This document shows, piece by piece, positions 61,515 to 64,000 of a DNA stretch of 64,000 nucleotides. The DNA is from an uncultured Lachnospiraceae bacterium. GTDB taxonomy: Bacteria > Bacillota > Clostridia > TANB77 > CAG-508. Location of the stretch: contig CAMEHU010000001.1 of NCBI GenBank assembly GCA_945917765.1, positions 29,113 through 93,112 on the forward strand. The letters run 5' to 3'. Numbering within the stretch: position 1 is the first letter of the stretch; each line of letters starts with the position of its first letter. A program made the translations under genes and the position numbers. The notes beneath the pieces are model-generated. The model was not told the origin of the DNA, searched no databases, and saw nothing but the letters and a program-made list of their open reading frames with translations.

Positions 61515-61841
61515 TTACTCTTTTTTTGGCAATAAATATTCTTTTTTTAGTTCAATTATTAAATCATTTAATACATCAAATTGTTTCTTGCAAGTAAGTT
61601 CATCTAGTCTTCCTGTATCATTTGCTATTCTTGCAATTTGATTAATATTATTTCCAACGGCTCTTATTTGTTTTATTGCGTCATAAAAATCTCTTGGTGG
61701 TTTTTCTCTTGGCTCATATCCTATTGCTCTACTTCTTATATAATCTGATAAATTCAAGCCAACTTTTTCTGCACGAAATTTAATTTCTTTATATTCTTCA
61801 TAAGTGGTACGAAACACGATTTGTTTTTCTCTAACTCGCAT
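61515..61841 (-). CDS. mobC: MobC relaxosome accessory protein
   Basis: RHH-like N-terminus, LSDYIR, VGNNINQIARIAN. Confidence 0.9.
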   Translation of the reverse strand: MRVREKQIVFRTTYEEYKEIKFRAEKVGLNLSDYIRSRAIGYEPREKPPRDFYDAIKQIRAVGNNINQIARIANDTGRLDELTCKKQFDVLNDLIIELKKEYLLPKKE

Positions 61842-61854
61842 TACTCATATCTCC

Positions 61855-61965
61855 TTATTTATTAATTATCTTTTTTAATTCTTTAATTTTTTGATATTGC
61901 AAAAAGTTTGATACAGATAATCCACCTATCATTAAACCTAATGCAAAAAATAATAATTCACTCAT
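61855..61965 (-). CDS. Unannotated 36-aa membrane peptide MSELLFFALGLMIGGLSVSNFLQYQKIKELKKIINK
   Basis: GAGGT RBS; lies between oriT and mobC. Confidence 0.55.
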   Translation of the reverse strand: MSELLFFALGLMIGGLSVSNFLQYQKIKELKKIINK

Positions 61966-61991
61966 TCTAATTAATACCTCTCTTTCTTTTA

Positions 61992-62055
61992 TGGGGATTG
62001 GGGTCTAGCCCCACATTGGAATTTGTGGCTATACAAATTCAGTGCTGGCTAGACA
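61992..62055. other. Putative oriT
   Basis: ggggtctagcccc and gaatttgt..acaaattc inverted repeats followed by AGTGCTGGCT, resembling the TGCTTG/CC nick motif of pC221-type MOBP origins; upstream of mobC. Confidence 0.6.
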
Positions 62056-62063
62056 ATTAAATA

Positions 62064-62657
62064 TTATTCTTCTAGTATGCAGTTACCACAAACTGGACAT
62101 AAATAAATACAATCCTCTGAACAATTTGTATCATTATTATCCTCAAATTCTTCATTATAATCAGTATTATTCATATCTTCTGTTCCATCATTTTCTTCAC
62201 ATAATTGCCCTGCTTTTTCATAGTTTTCTATTATATTTTTATCCAAATCCTTTATATTTTTTACTGCTCCAATTAATAAATTTTTCTTAGACAAACTGAA
62301 ATCAATCAACTGGTTTTCACACACAAAATCAAAAGCAATTCTGATTGCTTCGCCTTCACTTCTTGCATGAACTTTGAATATATTTTCTTCATCTTGTTTA
62401 AAAATAACATAGAATAATTGGTCAAAATCAACATTCCATACACCTGCATCATCTAATAGATTCATCATATCAATTTCTAGTTCATTACATAATTTTGCTA
62501 ATATTAGAAAAGAAAAATTAGGACGCATACCATTTTCTATTCGTGATATTTCAGCATGGCTTACACCAACAATCTCTCCCAATTCTCTTGTAGAATACCC
62601 TTTTTCTTCTCTCTTTTCTTTTAAGATTTCTGCTAATTTTAAATAATTATATTTCAT
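62064..62657 (-). CDS. XRE-family HTH regulator with an acidic, Cys-rich C-terminus
   Basis: REEKGYSTRELGEIVGVSHAEISRIENG; C-terminal CSEDCIYLCPVCGNC. Confidence 0.82.
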   Translation of the reverse strand: MKYNYLKLAEILKEKREEKGYSTRELGEIVGVSHAEISRIENGMRPNFSFLILAKLCNELEIDMMNLLDDAGVWNVDFDQLFYVIFKQDEENIFKVHARSEGEAIRIAFDFVCENQLIDFSLSKKNLLIGAVKNIKDLDKNIIENYEKAGQLCEENDGTEDMNNTDYNEEFEDNNDTNCSEDCIYLCPVCGNCILEE

Positions 62658-62659
62658 AT

Positions 62660-63619
62660 TTACCTCACTCTTTCATAATTTTTTTTATAATTTATTCCTT
62701 TTTGAAAACATAAAAAGTCATTGATATCTTTGCCAATTTGTGGTGGATCATCAATGACTTCATATTGTTTTGGAAGAATAGTTTTCAATGCCATTGTTGC
62801 TAATCTTCCTGCATTATCATTGTCTAAATGCAAATATATTTTTTTAACATTTTGATGTTGGTTTAAATAATAATTCAATGCTAATGGTATCTTACTTTCA
62901 TCCAGTTTTTTGGCTGGTTGATATACTCCAGAGAGAGCCAAAAGATTAGTATTATACCATTCTTTATTATTATTTTTTAATAATGTTGCATATGATAATA
63001 AGTCTATAGCACTTTCAAATAAATGAACCTCGTCATTGCTTTCCAATGATTCTAATTTGAACGAAAATGCCTTATGACTTCCATAAGCATCATGCATATA
63101 TCTGCTTGAGTTTGTTGCTCTAATACATGCATACCTAGGCACATTATTTTTGTCATATCCAACAAATACAACATTATTGTATTGATATTGCTGATATATT
63201 AAATTATTATCTATGCACTCTTTTATAATATCAATATCAATGCCTCTTCCTGTTAAATAGTTAATAACCTTATTGTTATTTACAGCTCTTTTTGGTAATA
63301 TCACATTAATATTTTTTAATTTTTCTGTTTGCTTGTATATTGTTGGTGGTCTATCATTTGAATATCCAAGTATTGTTTCTACGGCTTGAATAAAAGTATA
63401 TTCTTTTACTCTTATAAGATATTCTAAAGCACTTTTACCACCAATTCCACGCGAAAACCAATACCACATTCCATTACTTATTTTTAAACTATCATGTGTT
63501 TTAGTCATATAAGTATCTCTACAAAAATGAACTAATTCTTCTGGTTCATAATTTGCTAAATAAGTATATAAATCCATTTGTTTAGCTTTTTGAATTTCTT
63601 CTGGCGTGTAATATGCCAC
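62660..63619 (-). CDS. DUF3991 plus TOPRIM domain primase-like protein
   Basis: HDSLKIS..WYWFSRGIGG, YLTGRGID, FESAIDLLS, LDNDNAG, KDIND. Confidence 0.82.
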   Translation of the reverse strand: MAYYTPEEIQKAKQMDLYTYLANYEPEELVHFCRDTYMTKTHDSLKISNGMWYWFSRGIGGKSALEYLIRVKEYTFIQAVETILGYSNDRPPTIYKQTEKLKNINVILPKRAVNNNKVINYLTGRGIDIDIIKECIDNNLIYQQYQYNNVVFVGYDKNNVPRYACIRATNSSRYMHDAYGSHKAFSFKLESLESNDEVHLFESAIDLLSYATLLKNNNKEWYNTNLLALSGVYQPAKKLDESKIPLALNYYLNQHQNVKKIYLHLDNDNAGRLATMALKTILPKQYEVIDDPPQIGKDINDFLCFQKGINYKKNYERVR

Positions 63620-63629
63620 ATTAAATCAA

Positions 63630-63968
63630 CTACCTTTCTCTTGATTTATTTTTATTTTTTTCATGTTGCTCTTTTAAAAATTCAAGTGTCTCTTCTACAC
63701 TACATTCTAAAGGTTCGTGAACCCCTCCATCATAATCCATCCAACCTTGATATAATTCTTCTAAAGGATTTTTTGTTTTGTTTAATATTTTTAATTCAGA
63801 TAAATCATAATTATTAATTTCTGGATAAAACATTTCCTTTAGCTCTTCTTTCATAACTTTTTCATAAGATTTACTTATTATTTCTTCTGGTGTTTTTGTT
63901 TTTAAATCTTCTATAAATTCATTGTATTCTTTTTCTAACTTATCATATAATTCTTCTTTCAAATTCAT
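63630..63968 (-). CDS. DUF3848-like protein
   Basis: LYDKLEKEYNEF...PEEII..SYE...PLEELYQGW pattern. Confidence 0.6.
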   Translation of the reverse strand: MNLKEELYDKLEKEYNEFIEDLKTKTPEEIISKSYEKVMKEELKEMFYPEINNYDLSELKILNKTKNPLEELYQGWMDYDGGVHEPLECSVEETLEFLKEQHEKNKNKSRER

Positions 63969-64000
63969 TTTATATTGTCCTCCTTAACAAATATAGCGAC

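Larger units (their letters stand above)
30093..64000 (-). mobile_element. Integrative conjugative element (serine-recombinase integrated, Tn1549-like transfer genes) inserted in ugd; right end outside the window
   Basis: Recombinase cluster at the junction, VirB4/VirD4/VirB6/PrgI/relaxase/MobC/oriT, all co-oriented, with a cargo glycan cassette. Confidence 0.9.

Noticed and set aside
2172-62290. Many plus-strand 60-160-aa ORFs opposite long minus-strand genes (e.g. 22722, 33597, 46110, 58206)
   Set aside because: Ile/Phe/Ser/Leu-rich antisense shadows typical of AT-rich coding DNA.
1-64000. tRNA, rRNA or prophage structural genes
   Set aside because: No cloverleaf or rRNA-like segments and no capsid, terminase or tail motifs were seen.

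Overview
A very AT-rich, spore-forming clostridial (Bacillota) chromosome segment with two distinct halves. Positions 1 to ~30,090 are host backbone: ftsH (partial), PBP1A, dprA, folD, a dxs split by one extra non-homopolymer base, a thyX-like gene, a pyrE-like gene, a VWA protein with a membrane-tethered ECF sigma factor, nth, rplM-rpsI, an Rpn/PD-(D/E)XK nuclease with an internal start, the sporulation genes yunB, SPOCS-LysM, veg and yabG, and a KAP NTPase. This half also holds a dispersed REP-like palindrome family, a MITE-like foldback, a 12-copy ~24-bp-periodic motif array and tandem Spo0A-like boxes. Positions ~30,093 to 64,000 (continuing past the window) are an integrative conjugative element, all on the minus strand. 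Its left junction lies at the catalytic-cysteine codon of a host UDP-glucose 6-dehydrogenase (ugd), of which only the 3' third remains here. The element encodes four tandem, apparently intact large serine recombinases plus a 79-aa mini-paralog, an orphan MazF, a sigma-like regulator with an upstream Spo0A-type box, an 8-gene Wzx/Wzy polysaccharide cassette lacking initiation and chain-length genes, and a VirB4/VirD4/VirB6/relaxase/MobC/oriT conjugation module. The leading hypothesis is a conjugative glycan-switching element that knocks out host UDP-glucuronate synthesis on insertion, supplies a replacement repeat-unit pathway, and may restore ugd on excision. All product calls come from motif recognition by eye, not database searches.
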